This document shows positions 50,975-64,000 of a DNA stretch of 64,000 bases, piece by piece (within the stretch, counting starts at the first letter, position 1; each line of letters opens with the position of its first letter). The notes under the pieces were generated by a model. The model searched no databases. It saw only the letters and a program-made list of their open reading frames with translations, and was not told the origin of the DNA. The stretch comes from Azolla caroliniana (Eukaryota > Plantae > Polypodiophyta). Made by a program: the position numbers and the translations under genes. The DNA is taken from NCBI GenBank assembly GCA_043228905.1, contig JBHGNT010000009.1:16616001-16680000 (forward strand), read 5' to 3'.

Positions 50975-53900
50975 TGTTGAGAGACAAGCTCAACATCGGC
51001 CGGATTGGCTGAGCAAGCCGAGGACCGGATCGGTTGGGACCGATCGGTTAGGCCGGACCGATACGCAAACCGGTGCGTAACGAGAGGTCGTATCGGTGCG
51101 TAAACCGAAAGGTCGTTAGAAAGATATTCCTCGTAAAGGAATAATTTTGGGAGTGAGTGTCGAGGCTCATTTATGAGCAGTAAAGTACTGTCAGTACTTG
51201 TGTCAGCCCGATTGTCAGGGCTTGTATAAAAGGTGCTCACTGAGCGCAATGTATGTACAGATCGAGTATTATTTTTGAATTAAGTTCTTGTGTTTACTCT
51301 CTCTCTCTCTCTCCCGTGCGTACTATGCAAACTTAAGCTTTCCATTAAACCTACGTTTTCTGTTGTTTGGTTTCCTATATTGCTTCCGCACACCATTCTT
51401 TTCATGGTATCAGAGCGCGAGGGTTGAGAACCTCTACAGTCGACTTTGCTTGAAGGAAAAACCAACGAAGAAGAACAAGAAAACCGATGGATAGAGGAAT
51501 GGCTAGCTCGCTTCCGACGGAGAAGCTCGACAGAACCAACTACGCATCTTGGTCCTACAAGATGCACCAGTACTTGCTCGGACACGGTTACTGGAGCTAT
51601 GTCGATGGGGCAAATGACACAGCACCCAATTCGACACACAAAGACTTCCCGGCGTGGGAACAATCGGCGAGCAGAGTGTTGTACTGTTTCACGTCTTGTG
51701 TGGGCGAACAACTATTAAGCTACGTTTGGGATGCAAAAACGCCGAAGGGTGCTTGGGAAAATCTGAAGAAGATCTTCGCTACGAGCACCACAGCCAGGAA
51801 GCTTCAGCTCCGACAGGAGTTGAGCAACCTACGACAACGCGATTTGTGGACGACTGACTATACCTCGAAGATCAAGGACATTTGCGACTCCTTAGCCTCC
51901 ATCGATGTGAACATCGAGGAAAGCGAGATGGTCCAGGTTTGTCTCGGGGGTTTGGCGTCAAAGTTCGGAGCGTTCTGAATTGCTGTGTGTACATGGGAGA
52001 ATACGCCGTCGTTTTTCGACTTACAGTCGATGCTCCTTATAGAGGAGAACCACGTGGGTGCGTCGACAAGCACGCATGCCGACAACAAGATGTTATACAT
52101 GGAGGGAGAGAGGCCCCGTGGTTGTGGCGGACGAGGCGAGTTGGTATGCAATGGAGGTGGCCGACGAGATCAAGGAAGAAGGCACCAAAGTGATGCCGAT
52201 TGTAATTCCAGACCCTCCGGAAACAGGGGGAGTCGAGGCGACGAGAACTGGCAAGGGAAATCTGCCGCGGAATGCTGGTACTGTGGCAAGAAAGGCCACA
52301 GGGAGAGCGAGTTCTGGAAAAAGCGTGCCGATTCGGAGAGAACTGGGTTCGGAACAGGTTCCAGACAGACAAACAAAGGAAATCGGCAATGATCGCACTA
52401 TGCCGAAGGATCCGGAGAAGCCGGAAAAGGGTTAGTCTTCGTGATGAGACACGAAGCAAACTCAATGAAGCAGTTTACCCCGAAATCGGACGAGGTGTGG
52501 TACGTCGACTCCGGCGCGTCAAACCACATGACGTGCCACAAGGAGTGGTTTTCATACCTTGAGAAACCGACACAACCGGGAGTAGTCGCAACCGGAGACG
52601 ACACTCCGCATCCAATCGCAAATGTCGGAGAAGTTCCCCTGAGCCACGTCGGGTAGAAAGGGAAACTCATGAACGTGCTACACATTCCGAAAATCACGAA
52701 GAACTTGGTGTCGGTCAGACAGATCGTTGACCAAGGGATGCAGGTCCGGTTTACACACCTAGGGTGCTTCATTGAGGAAGAAGGCCGTGTTATCACGCAA
52801 GGGCGCAGAGATGGGAGGATGTTCATCCTCGACTCTACTGATGGTGGCACCGCAATGTTCGCGAAGGGACAAAAAGTTGAGTCAGACATCGACTTATGGC
52901 ACAAGCGGATAGGCCACGTCAACTACCAACGGCTTCAGGACCTGCAATCGAAACATGTGGTGTTCGGATTGCCCAAATTTAGTGGCCAGAAGGCACAAAT
53001 TTGTGAAGCCTGCCAGCTTGGGAAGCAACACTGACTTCCCTTCCCCAAGGAGCGTAACTGGAGCCGGAACAAGCTCGACTTGATACACTCCGATGTGTGG
53101 GGGCCGGCGCAAAACGTTAGTCTTGGCGGTAGCCGATATTTCGTCTCCTTCATCGACGACTACACGTGGCACACGTGGATCTACCTCATTGAGAGGAAGA
53201 GCGAAGTCTTCGACTATTTTCGGAACCTCAAAGGGTTCGTGGAAATGGAAATAGGAAGGAAGATCAAGTGCCTGCGGTCGGATGGCAGAAAAGAATACTT
53301 TTCCGGTCAATTCAACGGTTACCTAAAACAGATGGGAATTCGACGCGAATTCAATTGTAGATACATGCCGGAGCGAAACGGCGTGGCCGAGAGGAAAAAT
53401 CAGTCTGTTGTGGAAGCAGCGCGGGCAATGCTGGAAGAAAAGAGCTTGCCCAAGTTCTATTGGGCCGAGGCGGTACGAACTGCGGTATACATCCAGAACC
53501 GGATCGGAGACAAAGTGTCGACGCATGAGCTATATTTCGGAACGAAGCCGAACTTGCGACACTTACGAGTTTTCGGTAGCATTGCGTATGTGCATGTGCC
53601 GAAGGAGAAACGGAGGAAGCTGGACACAAAGGCCGAGAAATGTATCTTGGTCGGTTACTCGTACGAGTAGAAGGGTTATAAGTGTTATAACCCGCGCACC
53701 AAACAAGCGCGTGTGAGCCGCGACGTTGTGTTTGACGAGTCCGCGTCCTGGTACTTGCCTCTGACTCTGGACCTCACCTCCAATCCGAGTTCTGATGATG
53801 AGGTCAGCGAGGCTGAGATGCCTCGGGATGAGCTTGAAATCGGGACCCGCGAAGAGAGTCCGATTTCGTTTCAGTTAAGCAGACCAAATGGACGACTGAG

Positions 53901-56763
53901 TCAGTTCGACCAGTCCGATGAAGAGCCGGCGAGTAGTGGAGACTCGGCCGTGCATTCCCTGCGTAGGAAGCCGAGGAGACGGCTTATGCGCAAAGTGAAA
54001 GGGAAGAAGAAGGTGTCGGATTCTAGCACAGATAGGAACGAGTCAGACCGACGCGAGTTCGACTCCGAGGGAAGCGCTGACGGGTCTTCAAGAGAGAAGT
54101 CCGCGTCGGCCGAGAAGACCTCGATATTGGCTAATGATCGATTACGCCGATCTACCCGCCAGAAGAACCCAGTTGTGCGGTTCAGATACAACGAGTACAT
54201 GGCGCATCATTATGTGTACATGACCCGTGTAACGGAAGTGCGTGAGCTGGAGAGCTACGTGGAAGCGGCTAAGGACGCAAATTGGCGCGCCGCGATGGAG
54301 GAAGAGATGCACGCACTGGCGGAAAATGAGGCCTGGGACCTGGTTGACGCACCGAAGGGTGTGAAGTTGATCGGATGTAGGTGGGTGTACAAGGTCAAGT
54401 ACAACACCGATGGCTCGGTCAACCGATACAAGGCCCTGTTAGTAGCGAAAGGCTACGTGCAGAAACATGGCATCGACTACGATAAGACGTTTGCGCCGGT
54501 CACGAAGACGACGACCGTCTGTGTTTTGCTCGCGGTAGGTGCGGCAAAGGGGTGGCACTTACATCAGATGGATGTAAAGAATGCGTTCCTACAAGGTGAG
54601 CTTGAGGAACAGGTGTACATGGTACAACCCCCCGGATTTCACTCCGGAACGAACACGTCGGCAATGTGCTGATTGAAGAAGTCCCTCTACGGACTGAAGC
54701 AAGCCCCGCGTGCCTGGAACGCGAAGATCACGCAGCAACTGCGTCGGATGGGCTTTGCGACGTCAAAATCGGACTCTTCCCTATTCATCCAGAAAGGTCG
54801 ACTCGGTCCGGTCAGTATTTTACTATATGTTGATGACTTGGTCATCACCGGCGCCGACCTTGGTGAAATCGACCGCGTGAAGCTCCAGCTTGCGGCATCG
54901 TTCGACACGAAGGATCTGGGGGATCTTCATTACTTCCTCGGGATCGAAGTGATCCGTACCCTCGAAGGCATATTGATCAGCCAATGCCATTACGCGCTGA
55001 ATATGCTCTTCAAATTCGGGATGGCAGATTGTAAGTCCGTCTCGACTCCTCTGGATAGAACCGTCAAACTTCGCCCCAATTCCGGAAAGGTATGCGACCC
55101 GACGAGGTTCCAAAAAATTGTCGGAAGCCTTATCTACTTAACAATCACCCGACCCGATCTCAGTTATTCGGTCGGGGTGATCAGTCAGTTCATGGTGCGG
55201 CCTACCAAGGAGCACCTTCAATGTGCGCAACGCGTACTGCGGTATGTAACCGACACTAAGGACCGGGGATTGCTATATCAGACCGGTACAACCTTGCAGT
55301 TGGTCGGCTACACCGATGCTGATTGGGCTAGCAACGCCGCCGATCGCCGATCCACATCTGGATACGTTCTCTCTTGGGAGTGCCGCGATAGCGTGGAGCA
55401 GTAAGAAGCAGCCGACAGTTGCATTGTCGAGCACCGAAGCTGAGTATAGAGGAGCGGCTGTCGCGACATGCGAAGCCATATGGTTGAAGCAGCTACTTAA
55501 GGACTTGCAAGAGGAGGTGTCCGATCCGATGACGATCTATTGCGACAACCTCAACAGCATCCAGCTCACGAAGAACCCCGTTTTCCACGCACGGACCAAG
55601 CACATTGAGGTGCACTACCATTTTGTCCGTGAGCGTGTCCTTTCTGGTGAAGTTGAACTTCAGTATGTTCCGACGGATCGGCAAACTACCGACATCTTCA
55701 CCAAGCCCCTTGGTCTGGACAAGTTGCGGCAATTCTCGGGTGCGCTTGGGTCGCGGCAATTCTTGACGTGCCAAACTTGAGGGGGAGAGACATCCCGAAT
55801 GACCATGGAAGGAAGTAGGAAAGGAGCGGAGAAGGCCGCGACGCCGAGTCGGATGACGAATTTGACTTTGGATCGGCTGAAGAAGTTGAGGGCGGATCCG
55901 CGGAAGAGTCCCGAAGCGGACATAAGGGGAGCAGCCGAAAGGAAGAGCCGAAGTCAACCAAGCATGGGGGAGATGACGCCGTCAAGGGCGAGAAGACTGA
56001 AGACGAGTTGGAGACAGCCAACTCGGACGAGAGCGAAAACCGATCGGAGGTAGCCGAGTCGGTTCGGATGTTTGATTCGGATACACTGAATCAACCAAGG
56101 ACCAAGCGGAGAAGAAGGTAGCAGGAGAAGCGCCAACACCACAACAACAAGGGAGCTGTGAAGGGCCGTGGGAGCAGACAAGCCGACCGGAAGGGTCGAA
56201 GTGCGCGGAATCGAACAGGCCGAGGAGCGCGAGCGAGGCGTGGAGCCAGGAGGAACCAGAGCGGTGATCCAGAAGATCCCGAAGAGCCTCAACTTGAGCT
56301 TGAGGGGGAGTGTTGAGAGACAAGCTCAACATCGGTCGGATTGGCTGAGCAAGCCAAGAACCGGATCGGTTGGGACCGATTGATTAGGCCGGACCGGTGT
56401 GTAAAACGGATGCGTAAACCAGTACGCAAACCGGTGCGTAACGAGAGGCCATATCGGTGTGTAAACCGAAAGGCCGTTAGAAAGATATTCCTTGTAAAGG
56501 AATAATTTTGGGAGTGAGTGTCGAGGCTCATTTATGAGCAGTAAAGTACTGTCAGTACTTGTGTCAGCCCGATTGTCAGGGCTTGTATAAAAGGTGCTCA
56601 CTAAGAACGATGTATGTACAAATCGAGTATTATTTTTGAATTAAGTTCTTGTGTTTACTCTCTCTGTCTCTCCCGTGCGTACTATGCAAACTTAAGCTTT
56701 CCATTAAACCCGCGTTTTCTATTGTTCGGTTTCCTATATTGCTTCCGCACGCCATTCTTTTCA
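50975..56763 (+). mobile_element. Full-length copia J (Bryco-like by inference)
   Basis: LTRs 50975-51404 and 56311-56763; perfect TSD CCATA; PBS TGGTATCAGAGC 51405-51416; PPT ttgagggggag. Confidence 0.96.
51487..56316 (+). pseudogene. Copia J gag-pol (gag, PR, IN, RT, RH and C-terminal tail) with premature stops
   Basis: [36 protein letters not shown]. Confidence 0.92.
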
Positions 56764-57910
56764 CCATACATCCGAAAGTATGACGTCGAGGAGGCCTTTG
56801 CGTATGTAGCTCTCCTTCGGGAATGGGAGTCGATGTTGTTTGTCGATTTGGCATGCTTTGCATATTCGGTCGATTCAAAGGCCGGAAGTCCGATGACAAC
56901 TCCCTTAGATTGTTTCGCTCGAAGACGTTGGAGGTTGATGTGGCCAATTCTCTTGTGCCATAACTCGATGCTCATCTCGGTTTTGAGACCTTTGGCATAC
57001 ATTGCCGATTTCACCTCATTCGAATCGAGAATGAACATTCGACCTTCTCTCCATCCGTTAGCTATGAGTCGGCCATCATTTTCTATAAAGCATCCTTCGT
57101 TGTTGAAAGAACTTGCATGCCTTGCTCTAGGATTTCGTCTACTGAGATCAAATTGTTTGTTATTGTAGGCATGTGCAAGACATTCTTGATGCAATTGTTC
57201 TTGCCGTCGTTGTTGAATGGAACGTTGTCGATGTGCTGAATGGGATGTGTGGTGTCGTCTCCCGTCTCTATGTAGCCGGGTCGATCCAGCGTTCTTAAGT
57301 CATGAAACCACTCTTGGTGTGACATCATATGATGTGAGGTGCCAGAGTCGATGAATCACACATCTTCTGAGTTGGAGGTGCTTGTGAAGTCGGAGGCCGA
57401 CATAGAGTTCTCTCTATGTCTCATTACGAATAGTCCACCGTAGTCTTCGTATTCGGAGTTGGTGGTGTAGTTTGTGAGTTATCAGCTTGCGGAAGCCGAC
57501 ACTCTTCTTCTCTTTCGGCACTCCTCTTCGAGGTGGCCGACCTTCCCACAATAGTTGCAAGAAATGGGCCACGTTTGCCGACCTTGTTCGGCATGGAAGC
57601 TCCCCCTTCTTTTGAAGGTTCCTCGATGGCTTCCGTCTTCTTGTTGAAGGTTTGAGTTCCCTTCGTTAGATGGGATGAATCGACCTCTTCTACCACCTCA
57701 ACCTCGTCCTCGGCTGCCATCCGAATTTGAGAAGAACATTTGTCCTTCTGACGTCTTGTTCTTGGTTTGGAAGTGGTTCTCTTCAACCAATAGTATTGAT
57801 TGAAGTTCGAAGAACGAAGGAGGGTTTTCTCTTGCTAAGATAGCCATCCTTATCAGGTTGAACCGTTGTGCAAGGCTACCCAAGCATACTTGTATCATCT
57901 TGTCTTCAAG

Positions 57911-60303
57911 TGTAGGAGCTCCTTTATGAGTATTCAAGTACTGATGGTACTTTTGTCAGTCTTTTTAAGGACTTGTATAAAAGTGCTCTCTGAGCACATT
58001 CGATGTATAGAACATAATATTATTTTGAAACTAAGTTTTGTTCTTTGTCTCTCTCTCTCTCTCACGTATTGTTCTCAAACTTTCCACTAAACCCGCGTCT
58101 CTGTTTTCTATTGCTATTTGGGTGAGCCGATTGTGGTCTATGTGTAGCTTCCACATGGTAATTTCTACATGCTATTAGAGCATGAGGGTTAGAACATCCT
58201 CTGCTGCCAACAAGAACATTCGAGCACAGAGCCAAGGAAGTTATTTGTTTTCGAAAAATAGAAGTGAAATGGAGAGAGGTATGGGAAGCCTGACAGAAGC
58301 AACTATGTATCTTGGTCATACAAGATGCACCAATACCTCCTTGGACACGGGTACTGGAGTTATGTCGAACGAGCGAATGATGCAGCACCAGACACAACGC
58401 ACAGGGATTTTCCGTCCCGGGAGCAGGCGGCAAGCAGAGTAATGTACTACTTCGCATCCAACGTTGGTGATCAGCTACTCAACTACATCCGGGATGCCAA
58501 GAAGCCCATAGATGCTTAAACAAACCTGAAGAAGGTTTTTGCAGCGAGCACAACGGCAAGGAAGTTGCAACTTCGACAAAAGCTCAGCAATGTCCGACAG
58601 AAAGATTTGTCTATGGCAGATTATATGGCTTGAATCAAGGACATATGTGACTCCCTCACCTCCATCAACGTGATCGTCGAGGAGGGCAAAATGGTGTAGG
58701 TCTATTTGGGGGTTGGCGTCTAAGTTCGGATCATTCCGAATGGCTGTTTGCAGAAGAGAGAATACGTCGTCATTCTTCAAGTTGCAGTCAATGCTTCTCG
58801 TTGTAGAGAACCATGTGCGTGCGTCGACGAGTATGCACACTGACAACAAGATATTGTACGCGGAGGAAGATAGGCCCCATGGTCGTGGTTGACGAGGTGG
58901 GTCGGCATGCAATGGAGGCAGCAAACAAGAGCAAAACAGAAGGCATAATCGAAATGTTGACAGCAATTCCAAACCCTCCGAAAACGGGGGGGAGTCAAGG
59001 CGGCGCCGAAAATCGGCAGCAAATGCCGACTCGGAATGTTGGTACTGTGGCAAGAAAGGACACTGAGAGAGCGATTGCTAGAAGAAGTTCTTCGATTCAG
59101 ACAAATTTGGATTGAGCCGAGGAGATGCAAATAGACGTCAAAGATCGCACTACGTTGAGGGCTCAGGAGGAGCCGGAAATGGATTGCCCAGGCTTTGTGA
59201 TGAAGCACAAAGCTAATTCGATGAAGACAAACACCTCAAAACCGAATGAGGTATGGTATGTTGATTCCAAGGCGTCGAAGTGGTTCTCGTATTTGGAGAA
59301 ACCAGAACAACCGGGGGTTGTCGAAACCAGTGATGACACCCCACATACCATCGAACATGTTTGTGAAGTTCCCTTAAACTACGTTGGACAAAAAGGGAAG
59401 CTGATGAACGTCCTACATGTCCCGACAATCACAAAGAACCTGGTGTCGGTTGGACCGATTGTCGACCAAGGAATGCAGGTTCAGTTCACACACCTTGGGT
59501 GTTTCATAGAAGAGGAGGGTAAAGTCATCGCACAAGGGTGCCGAGAAAGGAGGATGTTCATCCTCAAAATGAACGAAGTCAGAACCGCTATGTTTGCAAA
59601 AGGGCAGAAGGTCGAGTCGCACATCGACCTATGGCAAAGTGGGTCGCCCATGTCAACTTCCCCCAGCTTTGAGAAATGAAGAAGAATGTCGTTTTCGGAT
59701 TACCGATATTCAGTGGCCGGAACGGCCAAGTCTGTGAAGCCTGCCAATTAGGGAAGCAACACCGACTTCCATTCCCCAACGAGCGAAACCGGAGCCGGAA
59801 CCGGCTCAATTTAATCCATTTCGATTTCTGGGGATCCACACAGAATGTGAGCATTAGAGGAAGTCATTACTTTGTAACCTTAATCGATGAATACACTCGG
59901 CACACTTGGGCGTGCTTGATTGCGAAGAAGAGGGAAGGCTTCACCTGCTTCCTGAAGGTGACGAGCCTTGCCAAACAGGAAATCAACAGAAAAATCAAGT
60001 GACTGAGGTCCAATGGCGGAAGATAGTACTTTTTCGACAGTTCTCGAGTTATTTGCAGAAGGAAGGAATTTAGCGAGAATTTTGTTGGAGATACACACTA
60101 GAGCAGAACGGAGCAGAACAATGTAGCCGAGCGGAAGAATTGGACGATCAAAGAAGCGGTTAGGGCAATGCTTGAGGAGAAGCATATGCCAAAGTTTTAT
60201 TGGGCCGAAGTGGTTCGAAAAACCGTATACCTATAGAATCAAACTTTTGCAAATGGAAGAGTGTCGTCACATGAGTTGTATTTTGTGAAGAAGTCGAACT
60301 TGG
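57911..60303 (+). mobile_element. Decayed copia K (truncated LTR, gag, PR, IN), same family as J, interrupted by E
   Basis: MHQYLLGHGYWSYV, CEACQLGKQHRLPF; LTR fragment similar to J's. Confidence 0.85.
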
Positions 60304-63300
60304 TGTCATGAACACATGACCATTATGGCGTCACCCGGACTTGAACCTCGAACCTTGTAATTCATACTTGAAAACCTCAACCATTAAGATAGCTTATTGT
60401 TATATAAAACAATAAAAGCTACTTCTTGTATTACATTGATTATTGTAAAAACTCTAGATTATTCTAGAATGTTCTAGAATGTCCTAGAGCATTCTAGGTC
60501 TAGAACATTCTAGAACATTCTAGAAATCTCTAAGCTATTCTATAGGAACCTATAAATAAGCGCATACATGTATTCTCAAATCAATTCGAATCAACACCAG
60601 TCTTTAGCTCTCATTACATATCTTGTATCCATTCTCTTTCTTTCTCTATCTTATACATCCATTCTTCTCTATCCTTCTTCCATCACTCTATCTTTTATCC
60701 TTGGTTCTGACAGTTTGATTCGAATTCTCTCTCTCTCTCACTCACTCTCTCTTATCCTCCTTTGTAACCATCCTGAAACCATGGCTGCCATTAACTCAGA
60801 AGAATATCTCACCCTTGTTGCAGAAATGGAGAACCTTAAATCCAAGTTCGCATCTCTTGAAGTAGAGAATCAACGTCTACTTGGGGATCTACAAAAGGTT
60901 ACTACAGAGAAGCAACAACAACAAGAGGAGTTCACGCGACGAGTGCAACAGTTAGAGTCGACAATCGTCGTGTTACAACAACAAAGGGTTGAAGGTCATG
61001 GACTTATCAAGGAGCCCAAAATTAGCCTCCCAGCTAAATTTGATGGGTCGAGGGCGCATTTCTGAGGTTTTTTGAATCAAGTACGGTTGGTGATTCAAAT
61101 GCATCCCACACGTTATCCAACAGATGCATCACGAGTCGGGCTAGTGGGCACTTTATTGACTGGCATAGCGTTGTCGTGGTTTGCTCCATTGCTAGAGACC
61201 AATTCTCCTCTACTGAATAATTTCGAGGAATTTATCAAGGAATTTAAGGCTTGTTTTGGAGATACTGATGGGGCGAGAACAACTATCAACAAGATTCATA
61301 CACTTCGTCAAGGTGATCAACCAGCTTCAACATATGTTGCCAATTTCCGTCTCATCGCAAGCGATATTCCTTGGCATGACCAAGCCCTAATGGAGCAATT
61401 CCGTTCAGGCCTTCGTAGTGATGTCAAAGACTTACTTCTTACCTTCCCCGAGGATCCAAGGTCACTTACAGAAGCTATTAGTCGAGCAATACGGTGTGAT
61501 AATCGCCTTTTTGAGCTTCGATGTGAGCGACAACAACAAATAACAAGATCTAGATTCACACCAACTTATGCATCAGTAACGGCGCAATCATCCCCAAGGC
61601 AAATGTATAGCCCTGCTCCAACTCCAAGGCAAACACGTAGTCCAGTCCCAATGGATAGTCCTACACCCATGGAGATCGATATGACTCAACGACGAGGACC
61701 GTTGTCAGACGAAGAGAAGCAACGTCGTCGAGCAAACCATCTGTGCTTATATTGTGGAGGTCCAGGACATATAGCCATTTATTGCTCCCGTAGGCCGAGA
61801 CGTCAGGTAAATCAAATTCACTATGACAATAAAAATGAGTCCAACATTTTAGAAGTAGTTAGTGAATCTAATATTATGAATAATCCACCCTTGTCCAATA
61901 AATTTAAAGTCCTAAGCCAATTAGAAGAGGAGTCAAACGAATAAGTCCGGCCAAAATAGGAGCCATTTGGTTGGACAACCCTAGATATGTACAACCTAGT
62001 GTGGGTTCCATTTCTTCCAAGCATGTTAGTAGAGTCTTTTCAGCCCTAGTAGAAGTTAGGACACCTAGTTGTCAACTTCAAGTCCAAGCCCTCTTAGATA
62101 CTGGAGCCAATTCTTGTTTCATGGATAGAGATTTTGCCCAAAAACACCAAATATCCTTGCATACACTTCCTTGTCCAGTTTCCGTAGTAGTGATTGATGG
62201 ACGCCCCATAGCTTCCGGGAAGATATTTGAAGAGTCTGAGCCAATACACATACTCTTGGGTGATTTAGGATGTGTAGTTTCCTGTAACATAATCCGTAGT
62301 CCTGAGCATCCAATTGTCCTTGGTTTGCCATGGTTCGAGCGACATAACCCTAGAATCGATTGGAGGAAGCATGAAATTAGGTGCCCTTTAGCAGAAAATA
62401 TCATTCTCAAGGATCGAACTCGGGATTATCCTCCCAAAGTATATAGTTCTACCGATGCACCATATCCTTCTCATCAAATTTCAGCCATCACATTGCATCA
62501 ATTGCACCAAGTGGGAGGCAAGGAGGACCTTTTCTTATTTGCAATATCAGTGACACCTTCTAGTGTCACTCAAGGGAATTCAGACATCCAAATTCCCAAA
62601 AAATATCAAGACTATGCTGATGTTTTCGACAAAGTCAAAGCTAGTGTTCTTCCAAAGCATCGGTCGTACGACTGTCCTATTGATCTCCAACCAGGAAAGG
62701 AGCCTCCGTGGGGTCCGATTTACAATTTATCAGCCACTGAGCTGGAGGTTCTTCGAGAATACATCGAGGAAAATCTTGCACATGGGTTTATTCAACATTC
62801 AAAGTCTCCAGCTGCTGCTCCTATCTTTTTTGTGAAGAAAAAGGACGGCTCCCTTCGTTTGGTCGTGGACTATCGAGGCTTAAATAAAGTCACCATAAGG
62901 AATAGGTATGCTTTACCTTTAATCTCCAATCTCTTAGAACGCATTGGTGGGGCAAAGCATTTTACCAAAATTGATCTAAGGGGTGCATATAATCTTGTTC
63001 GAATTCGGCTGGGAGATGAGTGGAAAACAACGTTTCGTACTCGGTATGGTCATTTCGAGTATATAGTCATGCCTTTTGGGCTCACAAATGCACCTGCCGT
63101 ATTCCAACATATGGCAAATGACATCTTCCGGGATTTCTTGGATATTTTTCTAATCATCTACCTAGATGATCTATTGATTTACTCTAAAACACAGGGGGAG
63201 CATGATATACATGTCCGGCAAGTACTTGAACCCCTAAGGAAGTATGGTCTTTACGCCAAACTTGAGAAATGTAGTTTTGATTGCAAACAAGTTGAATTTT

Positions 63301-64000
63301 TGGGATACACTATTTCATCCTAGGGTGTTTTCATGGACCCGGCAAAAGTTCAAACAATATTGGAATGGAAACCCCCATGCTCAGTTCGGGATGTCCAGTG
63401 TTTCCTTCGATTTGCGAACTTCTATCGCATATTCATACATAATTATTCAAGCATTGTGTTGCCCCTTACTCAACTCACGAAGAAAAATCAAGCATTTTTT
63501 TGGAGTATCGAAGCGGACAAGGCTTTTACGCAGCTGAAAGAGGCATTCACATCAGCACCCATCCTAGCACATATTGATCCTGAAAAGCCATTTACTATTG
63601 AGGCGGATGCATCAGACTTTGCATTGGGGAGTATCCTATCGCAACCAGGCGAGGATGGGCAGATACATCCAGTCGCGTTTCACTCGAGAAAGTTTACTGT
63701 TTCGGAGATAAACTATGAGGTGCATGACAAGGAGTTACTAGCTGTGGTCCACTCATTCGAGCAATGGCGTCATTTTCTAGAAGGATCACCTCATCAGATT
63801 ATCATTTATAGTGATCACAAAAATCTCACATATTTTCAAACAGCTCGAGTATTAAATAGACGACAAGCTCGGTGGGCAAATTTCTAACGCGTTTCGATTT
63901 CAAGATCATTGTTCGCCCCGGAAAACAAGGGAAAGCAGATGCTCTGTCTCGGCGTTCGTATCTAGCCCTTCGACCTGGAGATCCGGCCTTTGACAATCAA
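60304..64000 (+). mobile_element. Tcn1-like chromovirus E (5' LTR 60304-60712, gag, PR, RT, RH; continues beyond the window)
   Basis: Near-identical to D in LTR and gag; LLDTGA, YLDD; stops at 61063 and 63321. Confidence 0.94.

Larger units (their letters stand above)
49089..57910 (-). mobile_element. Decayed copia I (3' LTR about 49089-49570; IN 49915-50970; gag/PR 56769-57910; RT deleted), host of J
   Basis: LTR edge gagcttgatatctcaaca plus PPT; LRLDGGKEY; coding continuity across J's TSD. Confidence 0.8.

Overview
Eukaryotic land-plant DNA, most likely a moss or other bryophyte (inferred from TTTAGGG repeats and the retroelement lineages). About 85% of the window is nested transposons around one intact 8-exon host gene, an otubain/OTU1-type deubiquitinase (36466-41635, minus, 301 aa). 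Left block (1-30724): six-level nest of Tork-like copia G(+) <- copia F(-) <- non-autonomous Gypsy O(+) <- Athila/Tat-like Gypsy A(-) <- tRNA-Trp-primed Gypsy B(+) <- intact Tcn1-like chromovirus C(-). Middle: two MITEs, LINE and Gypsy relics, and the OTU gene with a solo LTR in intron 1. Right block (41925-64000): Bianca-like copia, an L1 3' end, two more Tcn1-like elements (D, E) and three related nested copias (I, J, K). The top candidate novelty is Gypsy A. It has no polypurine tract; instead both LTRs are bordered internally by inverted tRNA-Arg primer-binding sites, suggesting tRNA priming of both strands, and it carries a 925-codon extra ORF behind a splice acceptor. Other signals: telomeric-repeat fillers at two rearrangement junctions; covarying self-priming sites, heat-shock element arrays and antisense Pol III A/B boxes in the Tcn1-like LTRs; a -1 frameshift placed after the protease in B; and an acidic/basic Pol tail running past the ancestral PPT in copia J. 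All family and tRNA assignments are from motif recall, not database searches.
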